Origin: an uncultured archaeon
GTDB taxonomy: Archaea; Asgardarchaeota; Thorarchaeia; Thorarchaeales; Thorarchaeaceae
NCBI GenBank assembly: GCA_964458565.1
Contig: CAYWJO010000001.1
Coordinates: 32,001 to 96,000 of the forward strand
DNA: 64,000 nt
Direction: 5' to 3'
A model generated the notes under the pieces. That model did not search any database. It was not told the DNA's origin and saw only the letters and a program-made list of their open reading frames with translations. The position numbers and the translations under genes were made by a program. How positions within the stretch are numbered: position 1 is the stretch's first letter; each line of letters opens with the position of its first letter. Shown here in pieces: positions 39,751-49,337 of this stretch.

Positions 39751-40099
39751 GACCTCTTCCTATTCAAAGGAATAATATCCATGGATGAGAGAAAAGAAGA
39801 TTGACGCGATAAGTCTTGTTGAGAGAGTCAATTGGAGTTAATGTGACACAGTATAATAACTAGTACAAAAAAAAGCGATTGCACTATACCTATTATGCAA
39901 TTCTCAAGAGCCTCCAAAAGACCTTATGTGTAGTTCTCATTACAAGTGCTCTTTATTCATATATATCAAGTATCATTTAAAGATAGCATATTCTTTCACG
40001 AAACGAACTCATTACTGAGTCGCAGAAATGCAATAGCAAGAATACATGTTGAAAATGGCATTCCCAATCCTTATCAACAAAAAAAGAGCTAATGTTGAA

Positions 40100-40442
40100 A
40101 GCCTTGGAGCGAAAGAGCAACTGACGGTACTCATCTTTTGATGAGAGCTGAGGAAGCTCCCGACTCATACCGGCACCAGTCCATTCCGGAAGGTGAGAGC
40201 CTTGCTCTGGAAACAGAAACGACACCCCCAGACAGGATTTGACAATGATACGGTGATTGAATCCGTTGAGGATCCATCTGGTCAGGATGAAACGGTCCAT
40301 CACTGGTGAGCAATCTCAAGAATACATCAATGAAGAGCCGGTCTGAGATGTAGGGTAGAGAGCATAGTTCGATGTTGCAAGCCCATTACATGGTAACGTG
40401 TCATGGGGGAACAGAATCGGGGCTACTCTTCGGACCAAGGCT
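40100..40442 (+). ncRNA. rnpB: Ribonuclease P RNA (archaeal, type A-like)
   Basis: P1 agccttgg/ccaaggct; P2 gcaac/gttgc; CR-I GAGGAAGCTCC; P4 GC(T)CCCGA/TCGGGGC with bulged U; ACAGAAAC, TGAAACGG and AACAGAA..GGCTA conserved regions; K-turn-like tga/ga pairs in P12. Confidence 0.92.
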
Positions 40443-40579
40443 ACATTACAACATTTAATTGAAAGTTGAGGGGTTAGGAAGTAAAATTAACCAAAGATTT
40501 CTTTTTAATGATATCATGGACAGGGACCAATGGCAAGATAAGACCGAATAACTATTTCTTAATTTAAATTAAATAAAGG

Positions 40580-41580
40580 CTATTCATTCTTATCGAAAAC
40601 AAATCCTATGTCATTGAGTCTTTTCTTAAATTTCTCCTGAATTCTCTTTACTGGAAACCTGAACTCTTTTCCATCCTTTCCGATAACTATCAAAGAACGT
40701 TGCCACTTGTCCAGTAAACCCAGAAAATCTATGACCAGGAAGATTTGTTGATCCACTTTGATTGATTCCTTTACCTCTGATGGAGGGCCATAATAGTTGT
40801 ATCCTTGTGCATTCCAAATCATTTCATATTCTTCTCGTTGTTTCGAATTTAGATATGGGATATATGGTGGTATAACTGATTTGTATTTGTTCAAAATAGT
40901 GACCTTTAGGTTGTTATATATCCACCTTTCTAATTCTAGAAGTAAGAAACCTAAATCTCCCATTACAACTCTTTGTATTGCACCAATAAAGACCATTCCT
41001 TCAGAAAGATTCTTCATATTATCTAAGAATCCCAGAATTGATTCATCATCCAATAATCTCCATTCAGCATTAACTTGGTCAATGAAAATGAATCTGTAAT
41101 TATGGGCAAAGATATTTCTAACATCCTCATATTCATCCCAGAACTTTTATGAGTACCATACACAATCCATTATTCTATGAAAGACGTCTTTCAGAAGGCT
41201 TCTCAGTTCTTCTGCAATTGCATCATCCAAACGGGAAAAGAAAGGAATTGCAAACATCCGACATATATCTTTCTCAGTAAAGGACTCTTTGCGCATTTGA
41301 TTTTCTATATGTCCTCTTTGTCCTCTAGGATCTATTAATATTGACAGTATCTTTTCCAAATTCCTCTTTCCCGATGCTGTGAATTTCCATGCTGCTGCAA
41401 TTGCGCCCTGAAAACTCTCTATAATACCCAAGACTCTAAAAATAAAGTCTGCATGGATTGCATCATACATATCCTTGTTTTTTACCACACCTCCTTTTAT
41501 TGAATCGACTTCAACATTATTTGTGATATATTGTGAATAAAACTCGTTGATAAGTTTGAAATATTTCTCTCGAATCTTTG
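40580..41580 (-). pseudogene. AT-rich gene with Rx4H HEPN-like motif, interrupted by TAA (41147-41149) and apparently 5'-truncated
   Basis: ORFs 41147-41488 and 40580-41053 are one frame: WYS*KFWDEYEDVRNIFAHNYRF...; frame stays open upstream to about 41600 with no further start codon. Confidence 0.65.
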
Positions 41581-42449
41581 AAGACCGGATTAGCGACCTA
41601 AAGAAACAGATTCATGTCCTAAAAGATGTTCGTCGTTCGGCACCACCAATCATCAAGGTAGTTGGGACTCAAGCAACATTATTGATTCCCTTCATGCCTC
41701 CGGACAAATCACTTTTGAGAACTTCACTTCGTAATCTTGGAAGAAGGACTCGTAGAGCGGGTGTGGACCGAGGTCTAAGACACTCCATGGTGGTTTCAAT
41801 AAAGAATGGTGGGAGTAGGTATTCTGAACGAATGATTGGTAAGCAGGAACTATATGAAAAGAGAGAATCTCTACGACAACGAACAAGAGTTTTGATGTCA
41901 CAGATAGCAAAGAAACGAAACAACTGGGAGAGAAAACATTCGAGACTGCAAGATCCAGCCATCATACTGAAGAAGGAAAGAGAGCTGGAGTCAGTATGGA
42001 GAAAGATCCGTCGTCTCGATAAGGAAATCTCCCATCAAGTTGCTTCTGAAACCGTCTGGTTCTGCGAGCATCTAGCCGTGAAGACGATTTATTTTGAAGA
42101 CCTCAGGACTTTTCAGGGAAAAGGGGGAATGCGAAGACACAGCTGGAACCTCTCAACAAATCTCTGGGGTCAGATGATACAGGGAGTCACCTATAGACGA
42201 CATTCGATGGGTTACAAATCGGGTGGAGTCTGGATGGTCAATCCGTATATGACTTCCCAGATATGCAGTGTGTGTGGAAAAAAGGGAATCAGAGTTCAGA
42301 ACAGAGATTCTGAGGTAGAACAGAAAGGAGGAGAGTTTTTCTACTGCCCAAGTTGTGAAACCCGACTTCAAGCAGATGTTAATGCAGCTAGGAATATTAT
42401 GAGTGTTAAAATACAAGAACCCAGTGCCGTTCCTGGGTGGACAACATAA
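41547..42449 (+). mobile_element. tnpB: TnpB (IS200/IS605/IS607-family RNA-guided RuvC nuclease), N-terminally truncated, no tnpA nearby
   Basis: RuvC-I AGVDRG, RuvC-II YFEDL, TSQ.CSVC...CPSC Zn finger, RuvC-III ADVNAARNI; only 300 aa. Confidence 0.88.
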
Positions 42450-42551
42450 GTTAGTCCAATCTATAATGAATGGTTACTCACTGCACCAGAGCCATTCTTT
42501 CTTCCATACATAAATTAAATACATAGTAAAGTAAATTGTGAAACGAGTGCG

Positions 42552-43376
42552 ATGCAGATATGGTCATGGGGTATTCGTGGTGCTTATCTCGGATTCCTCA
42601 TTGTAGGAATAATTTTGATTATGTCTATACTCATTCTATTATGGATTAGAAAATACAGAAAAGTCACAAGAGAGTTTTCCGCCGATGATGAATGGCTCAC
42701 TGATGAAAGGATAAAGATAACGCATGGCCAGTCAACTATCCTAAAATCAGGAATCGCTACATTGCGAAATCTTGGACCATTGAAAAAGGGCGTGACTATA
42801 ATCCTATTGTGCACCCTGATATTATCAACATCATGGTTCGTATGGAATCTTCCTCTTCGTTACGACAGTGGAGATATAGAAAATGGGGATACCCGAGTGT
42901 TCATTGTAACTTCAGTGGATTTTGAAACAGGATTACTTAGTGTACGGGGAATCCACGATCAATTCCTTGATGAGCGAAGTTGCAAGCTATTTTATTTTGT
43001 TCAATATGAACCAGAGATATTTAGACCCATAAATGTAAGCCTAACTTGGAATCTAACATGCGTGTTGTTTGCAGGAGTTGCAAGTTCAGCTCAACTCCGT
43101 GTGAGTATACTTCTTTCAGATTCTGACTATGATCACATCTATCTTCGAGATGTATATAGGAGAGATGTTAATTCTGAGCGCATTGAGATTCGTGAGCATC
43201 AGGCATCAGAAGTTCACATTCCATGGTATTGCAGTCCAGGTTCAATTTATTATGTTAGTATACGTTTGTTTGTGCTTTTGGAAGGAGATTCCTCTATAGA
43301 AGGACAAATACCTGGTACATCAGGTAATTTAGTTGTAAACAACATATCAATAGAAGCAGTAGAACCAATCGAATAA
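42552..43376 (+). CDS. Hypothetical membrane-anchored protein
   Basis: Two TM segments then a beta-rich domain. Confidence 0.6.
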   Translation: MQIWSWGIRGAYLGFLIVGIILIMSILILLWIRKYRKVTREFSADDEWLTDERIKITHGQSTILKSGIATLRNLGPLKKGVTIILLCTLILSTSWFVWNLPLRYDSGDIENGDTRVFIVTSVDFETGLLSVRGIHDQFLDERSCKLFYFVQYEPEIFRPINVSLTWNLTCVLFAGVASSAQLRVSILLSDSDYDHIYLRDVYRRDVNSERIEIREHQASEVHIPWYCSPGSIYYVSIRLFVLLEGDSSIEGQIPGTSGNLVVNNISIEAVEPIE

Positions 43377-43504
43377 ATCAAAGGCACATTCAAAATCAGA
43401 TTCAAAACACTACTAAACAGATATTCAAAGCCAAGAGGTTTTTCCATTGTATAGAATTTTTTAAAGCAGATGAGATAGTACATTATACGTGGATGGATTA
43501 GATA

Positions 43505-43978
43505 TTGAAGGCACGATATGTCGCGGTCATCATGTTCTTAGTTGCTATATTTATACCCGAAGGCATTTCGCTTTGGGAAAGGGAATCGAGTATTGCTTTT
43601 GCAATTTATGCATCATTCTGGGGATTAAGATATGACCCCATTTTCGGAGTTGAAATCTTATTTGTGGATATTCAAGCACTCATACTTGCAGTTCCATGTT
43701 TCTTTGGATTGAGTTTTATTTATGCAATACAGGTAGTCAGATATTACACTCATAAAGTAGGACATGAAAGCACTATTACCATCGGAATATTGAGTATGAT
43801 TCCAATAATGGTGATAAAAATCGGTTGGGGGCATTTTGGCGATTTGTTTAGTCACTTCAATACTATCATTTTACCACTACCAGTATTATTCATCATTGGA
43901 ATTGTTCTGATGAAACTAAGAACGGATTTAGACTCATTAGCAATCTGGAATGCAATTGAACCAGTTGGGAAAAACTAA
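43505..43978 (+). CDS. Hypothetical multi-TM membrane protein
   Basis: Hydrophobic ORF with PLP.LF.IG motif. Confidence 0.6.
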   Translation: MKARYVAVIMFLVAIFIPEGISLWERESSIAFAIYASFWGLRYDPIFGVEILFVDIQALILAVPCFFGLSFIYAIQVVRYYTHKVGHESTITIGILSMIPIMVIKIGWGHFGDLFSHFNTIILPLPVLFIIGIVLMKLRTDLDSLAIWNAIEPVGKN

Positions 43979-43979
43979 A

Positions 43980-44531
43980 TTAAATCTCTAAGTCTGACGC
44001 ATCTGATTTTGTGTGTTCTTCCATAATCTCTTTCTGCACTGCAACAATCTCAGTGCTGTCCTTGCATGCTACATAAGAATCCAGCCACTCTCTATTCAAA
44101 GTAAGAAAGGAAGGACCCCATTTGAAGACAGACATGATGTCCTTTGCCTCTTCATAGTATTCAAGGATATACAATGCTGCTGCGAGTGCCTCAGCTGTGG
44201 ATAATTTGATTGGTTTGTATGTGTTGATTGGATTGCCTGCAAGCAAGTATGGAAGTGCTCGTTGCTCACCACGTTTGGAGTTCTGGAAAATCTCTTCTGC
44301 TTGCTTCCATGAACAGTCAAGTGCAACCAGACCGGATTTTTTCACAGCCAATCTATCAGCATTAGAGAATGCAACCTCTGAAACTGGATTCAGGACAACT
44401 GCACCACGTGGAATCCTTCGCATATCACTAAGAAGTTCAGCCCGTTTCATCGAAATGAGCCTGATACCTGTGCACTTTTTTGGATCACATTGAGATGCAT
44501 GGTATACAAAGACTCTGAGCATTTCGTTCAC
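43980..44531 (-). CDS. tsr3: rRNA aminocarboxypropyltransferase Tsr3 (DUF367)
   Basis: QCDPKKCTG, DCSW, RALPYLLA.NP.N, LSTAEA, FKWG..FL.LN. Confidence 0.96.
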   Translation of the reverse strand: MNEMLRVFVYHASQCDPKKCTGIRLISMKRAELLSDMRRIPRGAVVLNPVSEVAFSNADRLAVKKSGLVALDCSWKQAEEIFQNSKRGEQRALPYLLAGNPINTYKPIKLSTAEALAAALYILEYYEEAKDIMSVFKWGPSFLTLNREWLDSYVACKDSTEIVAVQKEIMEEHTKSDASDLEI

Positions 44532-44623
44532 TGACCTGACACTTCAACAACCAAATCAATAGATTTCTATGTTATCATGTTTGTGGGAATAGTGAAATCA
44601 AATTGAAAATAACAACGTCTGAC

Positions 44624-44866
44624 ATGTTTTGTGAGATTTGTGGAGAGACGCTTGTCGAGTTAGAATCCTGTGAATCATGTAAAGGATTGTTTTGTACCGA
44701 TTGTGGTAATAGAGGAATATGTCTTGTATGTGAGGAGGCGAGATGTTACATATGTGGAGAATATCTGGCAGCTCGTGCTTGTAATGAATGTGGAAAATTA
44801 GTCTGCGAAGATCATGGCATAAAAATTGGTGAAGCAACCTTATGTGAACGATGTCAAGAGAGCTGA
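44624..44866 (+). CDS. Small Cys-rich multi-zinc-finger protein
   Basis: Eight CxxC/CxxH pairs in 80 aa. Confidence 0.75.
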   Translation: MFCEICGETLVELESCESCKGLFCTDCGNRGICLVCEEARCYICGEYLAARACNECGKLVCEDHGIKIGEATLCERCQES

Positions 44867-46203
44867 CAGCTATGTCTGAAGTGATCAATTTAGGTTTTGA
44901 TGACATTGATACACCAAGAGGAGGGTGTACGACTCATTTCGCTAGTATCTTAGTTGAATTCCTTTCAGAATTAGGAGCAGAATGGGCAGATTATCCTAAT
45001 CTTATTCGATTGAATCCTAACATTCCATATAGAACTCGAGGCAACGGTGCGGTAGCACTCAGATTTCATCTGGATAATTTTTCTATCAAAGACATTCTTA
45101 CTCAAGTTGAAGAGATGATAGGAGAATATGTGAAAGAGGACTATCCAAATACAAATCCAGGTGTGGTTTGCATTGAAGGGAATATACCTGCTAAGGTCAA
45201 ATGGATTGCAAATCAGGCACTGTGGAGGGTTGTGCCAACTGGTTACGCCAAACGTGTGATATCTGAGTTTGATATCAGCGCACATTCAGAGGGGAATAAT
45301 CGTGGATTGGTGGGGGCTCTTGCTGCTATTGGGAATCTACTTGATTCTGATTACACTTACGAATGCATAACATACAGAGGAATTGGAGAAACGGATGTAT
45401 CAAGAGGAGTAGATCACAAATCAGTAGTAGAAATGGATAGAATCACTGGCGAAAAAGTGTTCTCAAATCTAGATTATAATGATGGGCGTATTCTGATTGA
45501 ACCACATGGCCCAGATCCTGTCCTCTATGGAATTCGAGGAGAAACTGCGGAGGACGTACTCAAGGCGTCCAAGCTCGTAAAGAGTGTACAGGAAATAGAC
45601 AGATGGATGATATTCAGGACCAATCAAGGAACAGGCCAGCATCTTCAGAATAAGGTAGGTATCAATTCAGTAAGACCATACATGTCAGCCGTTGTTGAGG
45701 GAATTGTTTCCAATCAACCACAAATCAGTGAGGGTGGACATGTGTTCTTCAAAATAGGTGATGATTTTGGAGAGATTTCGTGTGCCGTCTATGAACCAAC
45801 CGGATATCTCAGAGAGATTGTGCTGCAGCTCAGCCCAGGAGATTCCATTAGAGCTTCATCTGGAGTACGTCCTTCTTCAAGAAATCATGGTTTAACTTTG
45901 AATATTGAAGGAATAGAAGTTGTAGAGCTAGCTGAAAATATGATGCAACTAAATCCTATCTGTCCAGTCTGTCTCAAACGTATGAAAAGTGCTGGAAGGG
46001 ATAAAGGTTTCAAATGTGTAAAATGTGGATTTAGGGATCGTGACGGGGTCAAGGTAGAAACATTAGTTGAGAGAAAATTATCTCCGGGGTACTACCTACC
46101 TCCAATAAGTGCTCAAAGACATTTGACAAGGCCGGAAGCGAGATTATCAAAGAATAACAAAGGTATTCCATCACTTCTGATTGATAAATGGCATTCTCCC
46201 TAA
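44851..46203 (+). CDS. tiaS: tRNA(Ile2) agmatinylcytidine synthetase
   Basis: GFDD.D...GGCTT, LIRLNPNIPY.TRGN, PHGPDPVLYGIRG, TNQGT, OB fold, CP.C..RMKSAG, RHLTRP. Confidence 0.96.
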   Translation: MSRELTAMSEVINLGFDDIDTPRGGCTTHFASILVEFLSELGAEWADYPNLIRLNPNIPYRTRGNGAVALRFHLDNFSIKDILTQVEEMIGEYVKEDYPNTNPGVVCIEGNIPAKVKWIANQALWRVVPTGYAKRVISEFDISAHSEGNNRGLVGALAAIGNLLDSDYTYECITYRGIGETDVSRGVDHKSVVEMDRITGEKVFSNLDYNDGRILIEPHGPDPVLYGIRGETAEDVLKASKLVKSVQEIDRWMIFRTNQGTGQHLQNKVGINSVRPYMSAVVEGIVSNQPQISEGGHVFFKIGDDFGEISCAVYEPTGYLREIVLQLSPGDSIRASSGVRPSSRNHGLTLNIEGIEVVELAENMMQLNPICPVCLKRMKSAGRDKGFKCVKCGFRDRDGVKVETLVERKLSPGYYLPPISAQRHLTRPEARLSKNNKGIPSLLIDKWHSP

Positions 46204-46230
46204 TAGAGAATAATTGTGATTGGTCGGAGG

Positions 46231-46635
46231 CTAAACTCTGCGACCTCTACGTCCACCAGGTTTTCGGGTACCATCATGTGGTAGGGGTGTGACTTCGTCA
46301 ATGATACCGATTCTCAAACCAGCTCTACTAAGTGCACGAATTGCCGCTTGGGCACCAGGACCCGGAGTTTTGGGACCATGTCCACCAGGAGCTCGTACAC
46401 GTATATGAATACCATAAATACCCTTATCCTTTGCCTCACGTGCTGCTTGGAATGCAGCTTGCATAGCTGCGTGGGGGGATGATTCATTTCTATCTGCTTT
46501 CACCATCATTCCACCGGAATAACGTGCAATGGTTTCAGCACCAGTTATGTCTGTCAGATGAACGATTGTATCATTGTAACTGGCAAAAATATGTGCTACT
46601 GCCCAAATCCTCTGTTCACTTGCATCCTTACTCAT
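46231..46635 (-). CDS. rps11: 30S ribosomal protein S11
   Basis: [30 protein letters not shown]. Confidence 0.98.
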   Translation of the reverse strand: MSKDASEQRIWAVAHIFASYNDTIVHLTDITGAETIARYSGGMMVKADRNESSPHAAMQAAFQAAREAKDKGIYGIHIRVRAPGGHGPKTPGPGAQAAIRALSRAGLRIGIIDEVTPLPHDGTRKPGGRRGRRV

Positions 46636-47246
46636 TCTTCTACCACCTCATCATCAGTAGCGATTGGTTCTCTATCCATATTCGTATCAACAGAACTAGT
46701 GGGTTCCTGAACTACTCTCTGTGCTACCATCGATGCCGCGATCCTAGCTGGATGGGAGGCATCATTCAGAGGGGAGGGTCCGGTGTATTCAATGCTCTCT
46801 TCTTCTTGGAGTGTAATAATTCTCGCAGGAGTTGTTGCTCTTGCTTTATTTAATGCAATATGACCATGAGTCACAAGCTGACGAGCGTGGTGTATTGAAC
46901 AGGCAAGACCTTTCCTAAATACAATGGTCTGCAGACGTCGTTCCAGAAGGTCTTCAGCGGTGAGATCAAGTACATTATCGAGGTTTGGTTCTTTCTTTAG
47001 AATTCCACGCCGGGTGAGCATTTGAACTAATTCATGCTCAACTTTTGCACGTTCTTCTTCTGACTGTGCAAGAAGATTACGTGCAGTACGTCTATAACGC
47101 GATAGCTCGGTACGATGTTTCCAGAGTTCTTTCTTATTTCGTAATCCGTAAAGTCCGATTAACTGAAGTTCTTGCTCAAAACGGTCACTGTCAAATGGAC
47201 GTTTGGGTGTAACATATTTCTTCTTCTGTCGCCGTGGATCTCCCAT
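46632..47246 (-). CDS. rps4: 30S ribosomal protein S4
   Basis: [30 protein letters not shown]. Confidence 0.98.
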   Translation of the reverse strand: MGDPRRQKKKYVTPKRPFDSDRFEQELQLIGLYGLRNKKELWKHRTELSRYRRTARNLLAQSEEERAKVEHELVQMLTRRGILKKEPNLDNVLDLTAEDLLERRLQTIVFRKGLACSIHHARQLVTHGHIALNKARATTPARIITLQEEESIEYTGPSPLNDASHPARIAASMVAQRVVQEPTSSVDTNMDREPIATDDEVVEE

Positions 47247-47253
47247 TTCTTAA

Positions 47254-47706
47254 CTACACCTTCTTCCTTGACACACCCACAGCCATTCCAGCACGCCCGG
47301 TGGTTCTTGTATGTTGGCCTCTCACTTTCAGTCCGAGTGAATGTCTGACTCCACGCCAGCTACGAATACGTCTGAGTCGATCAATATCGTTTCTATGAGC
47401 AAATTGAAGGTCTCCACCGGTGAGGTGAAGATATCTTCCACTCAATCGATCACGTTGACGATTGACATACCATTCAGGAATTCCTACACTTATTGGATCC
47501 TTCAATACCTCCTCCATTCTAGCAATATCCTCCTCAGGAAGATATCCCAATCGAGAGTATGGATCTAGCCCTAGTTTGGCGAGAATGGTCTTTGACATCC
47601 TTAAACCAACTCCGCTAACACGGGTGAATCCTTGGAGGAGATTCTCCTGGCCATCGATGTCTTTATCGGCCAATCTTACAATGTATCTATATTCTTGCTC
47701 GGACAT
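47254..47706 (-). CDS. rps13: 30S ribosomal protein S13
   Basis: YIVR...DIDG, P.W.VNR..D, RGVRH..GLKVRGQHTRTTGR. Confidence 0.98.
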   Translation of the reverse strand: MSEQEYRYIVRLADKDIDGQENLLQGFTRVSGVGLRMSKTILAKLGLDPYSRLGYLPEEDIARMEEVLKDPISVGIPEWYVNRQRDRLSGRYLHLTGGDLQFAHRNDIDRLRRIRSWRGVRHSLGLKVRGQHTRTTGRAGMAVGVSRKKV

Positions 47707-47865
47707 GGTTGGTAACCTCATCCAGACTGATGTGAGGCGCTGTTCGTTTTTTGGAGATGCTTATAATAGTTACCATCAGGCAGCGTTCTGGAGTAATTAT
47801 GCGAGGGCTTTTGTTGGGTTTTAATATTCTGACAAGTATTCAAGGATGATATAGGGGACGCACGA

Positions 47866-48279
47866 ATGAGCAAATCGCTTGATTCCGAACCACTTTTGAC
47901 AGCTTCAGTGTTAGCTACAATTCCGGAGTGTCTGAAACGTACTCTTGGAGAGCCAATTGGCGAAAACATTAGACGGCAGTCTATATTGATATCTAGTAAT
48001 AACCTAGCAAATAGATTCATACTAGCTAGATGGGGAATACGTCCTTCCCAGAGAAAAAAATATCGTCATCTGTTTGATCGAATAAGAAAAGAATGCAGAG
48101 TAATTTTCAGAAACTACCATAACCGAGGTAGACTACAATGGAAGTATAATGAGGTGTTCCATACATTTGGAGTGTTCAAGTACGACGAAATTAGGGGAAA
48201 TTTGATTCTTGGTTTTGTCAAAATTCAGTCTCATGAGGAGTGGAAATTAACAATTAGATCATGCAAACAATCAATCTAA
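47866..48279 (+). CDS. Hypothetical basic protein
   Basis: ORF fills gap divergent from rps13; SD-like GGGG upstream. Confidence 0.55.
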   Translation: MSKSLDSEPLLTASVLATIPECLKRTLGEPIGENIRRQSILISSNNLANRFILARWGIRPSQRKKYRHLFDRIRKECRVIFRNYHNRGRLQWKYNEVFHTFGVFKYDEIRGNLILGFVKIQSHEEWKLTIRSCKQSI

Positions 48280-49235
48280 TCTTCATTCTGTAAATCGAAT
48301 TCATCATCACCAGCTGATTCAAGCTCCTCTTCATCTATGAAACGTAGAAGTTCTTCAGCAGGCAAATCAGGAATGTGCACCTTAACGTGTTTTGCAGCTG
48401 TATCGAGGAGAATCTTAAGGATATCATCACGATAAGCTAAATCAATGGCAACCATTGGATAAGTTTCTGCTCCAATTATACGTTCAATAATTGAGGGGTC
48501 GAGAGCATTTGGTAAATCCTGTTTGTTAGCAATTATTACGATTGGAATATTTGGTGCGTCCTGTCGAATCATACGATACATTTCTTTTGAAATCAGGATA
48601 TTTCTCAGAGTAGAATCAGTTAACAAAAATACAATATCTGCACCCTTGAAGTAGAATTTCCAAAGCTTGCGAAACCGTTCTTGACCAGCAAAATCCCAAA
48701 TTACCAACGAATAATTTGCAAAGAATATGTTTTCTATCGACTCCATACCTAAAGCGATTGTAGGAATATATTGTTCTGGAGGTGGCTTCCCCATAAGAAG
48801 ATGAAGAGTCGTTGTTTTTCCCACACCACCTTCCCCAACGAGAGCAATTTTCAACTTGGATTGCACAAATGGAGAGATAATCCTAGAATAATTATCTTTG
48901 AGGTAGCGGGTTCCCTTTTCCTTCAAAATTACACTAACTGCTTTTGCAGCATTGCTTATTTTTTCATTTATCAGACGTTCATTCTCATCGATATCTGTAA
49001 CAAAAATTAACCGGATGTCACGGTCTACCAATCTACTAAAGTATTTGCAATCACGAACGTTAAGAGATACATCATCTCGCCCTTTTGTTACTGCGAGGAA
49101 TTTTTCAAGGCTGTCAAGATATTCAATAACATCATCACGTGGGACACGAATTGTCCAATACCTTGTAGATACCACCGTACGCCTACTTTTCATTCTAATG
49201 ATTACAGTGGTATGAATCAATGGAAGACCTCTCAA
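48276..49235 (-). CDS. Small GTPase (Arf/Rab-like) with N-terminal longin-like domain
   Basis: G1 GEGGVGKTT, G2 PT, G3 WDFAGQ, G4 NKQD; start may be TTG at 49220 behind GAGGT. Confidence 0.88.
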   Translation of the reverse strand: MRGLPLIHTTVIIRMKSRRTVVSTRYWTIRVPRDDVIEYLDSLEKFLAVTKGRDDVSLNVRDCKYFSRLVDRDIRLIFVTDIDENERLINEKISNAAKAVSVILKEKGTRYLKDNYSRIISPFVQSKLKIALVGEGGVGKTTTLHLLMGKPPPEQYIPTIALGMESIENIFFANYSLVIWDFAGQERFRKLWKFYFKGADIVFLLTDSTLRNILISKEMYRMIRQDAPNIPIVIIANKQDLPNALDPSIIERIIGAETYPMVAIDLAYRDDILKILLDTAAKHVKVHIPDLPAEELLRFIDEEELESAGDDEFDLQNED

Positions 49236-49337
49236 CAGTGGTGGATTTGTGTACTCTAAATCAAATCAAACTCATCGTACATTTAAAGTGTATTAAGACG
49301 AAATGTAAATCTAATTCTTTATCTCTGAGGATAAAAA

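Noticed and set aside
39770-39815. Weak resemblance to the cbf5 3' end (possible att scar)
   Set aside because: Short, purine-rich and gapped; not distinguishable from chance by eye.
39664-40170. The roughly 50-bp direct repeat as a CRISPR array, hammerhead ribozyme or TPP riboswitch
   Set aside because: There are only two copies, far apart, and the catalytic or aptamer cores are incomplete. The RNase P RNA 5' end explains it.
39977-40319. Minus-strand ORFs of 108 and 62 aa
   Set aside because: They are antisense to rnpB and have no protein features.
40330-40450. GAGCCGG... as group II intron domain V
   Set aside because: No domain V hairpin can be formed, and the region fits the RNase P 3' half.
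41547-42449. Cas12/Cas14 CRISPR effector
   Set aside because: No CRISPR array or cas1/cas2 is in the window; TnpB is the simpler call.
5708-49235. ICMT-like gene, CPBP protease and small GTPase as a eukaryote-like CAAX prenylation pathway
   Set aside because: The genes are unlinked, the GTPase has no CAAX end, and both enzyme families are widespread in prokaryotes.
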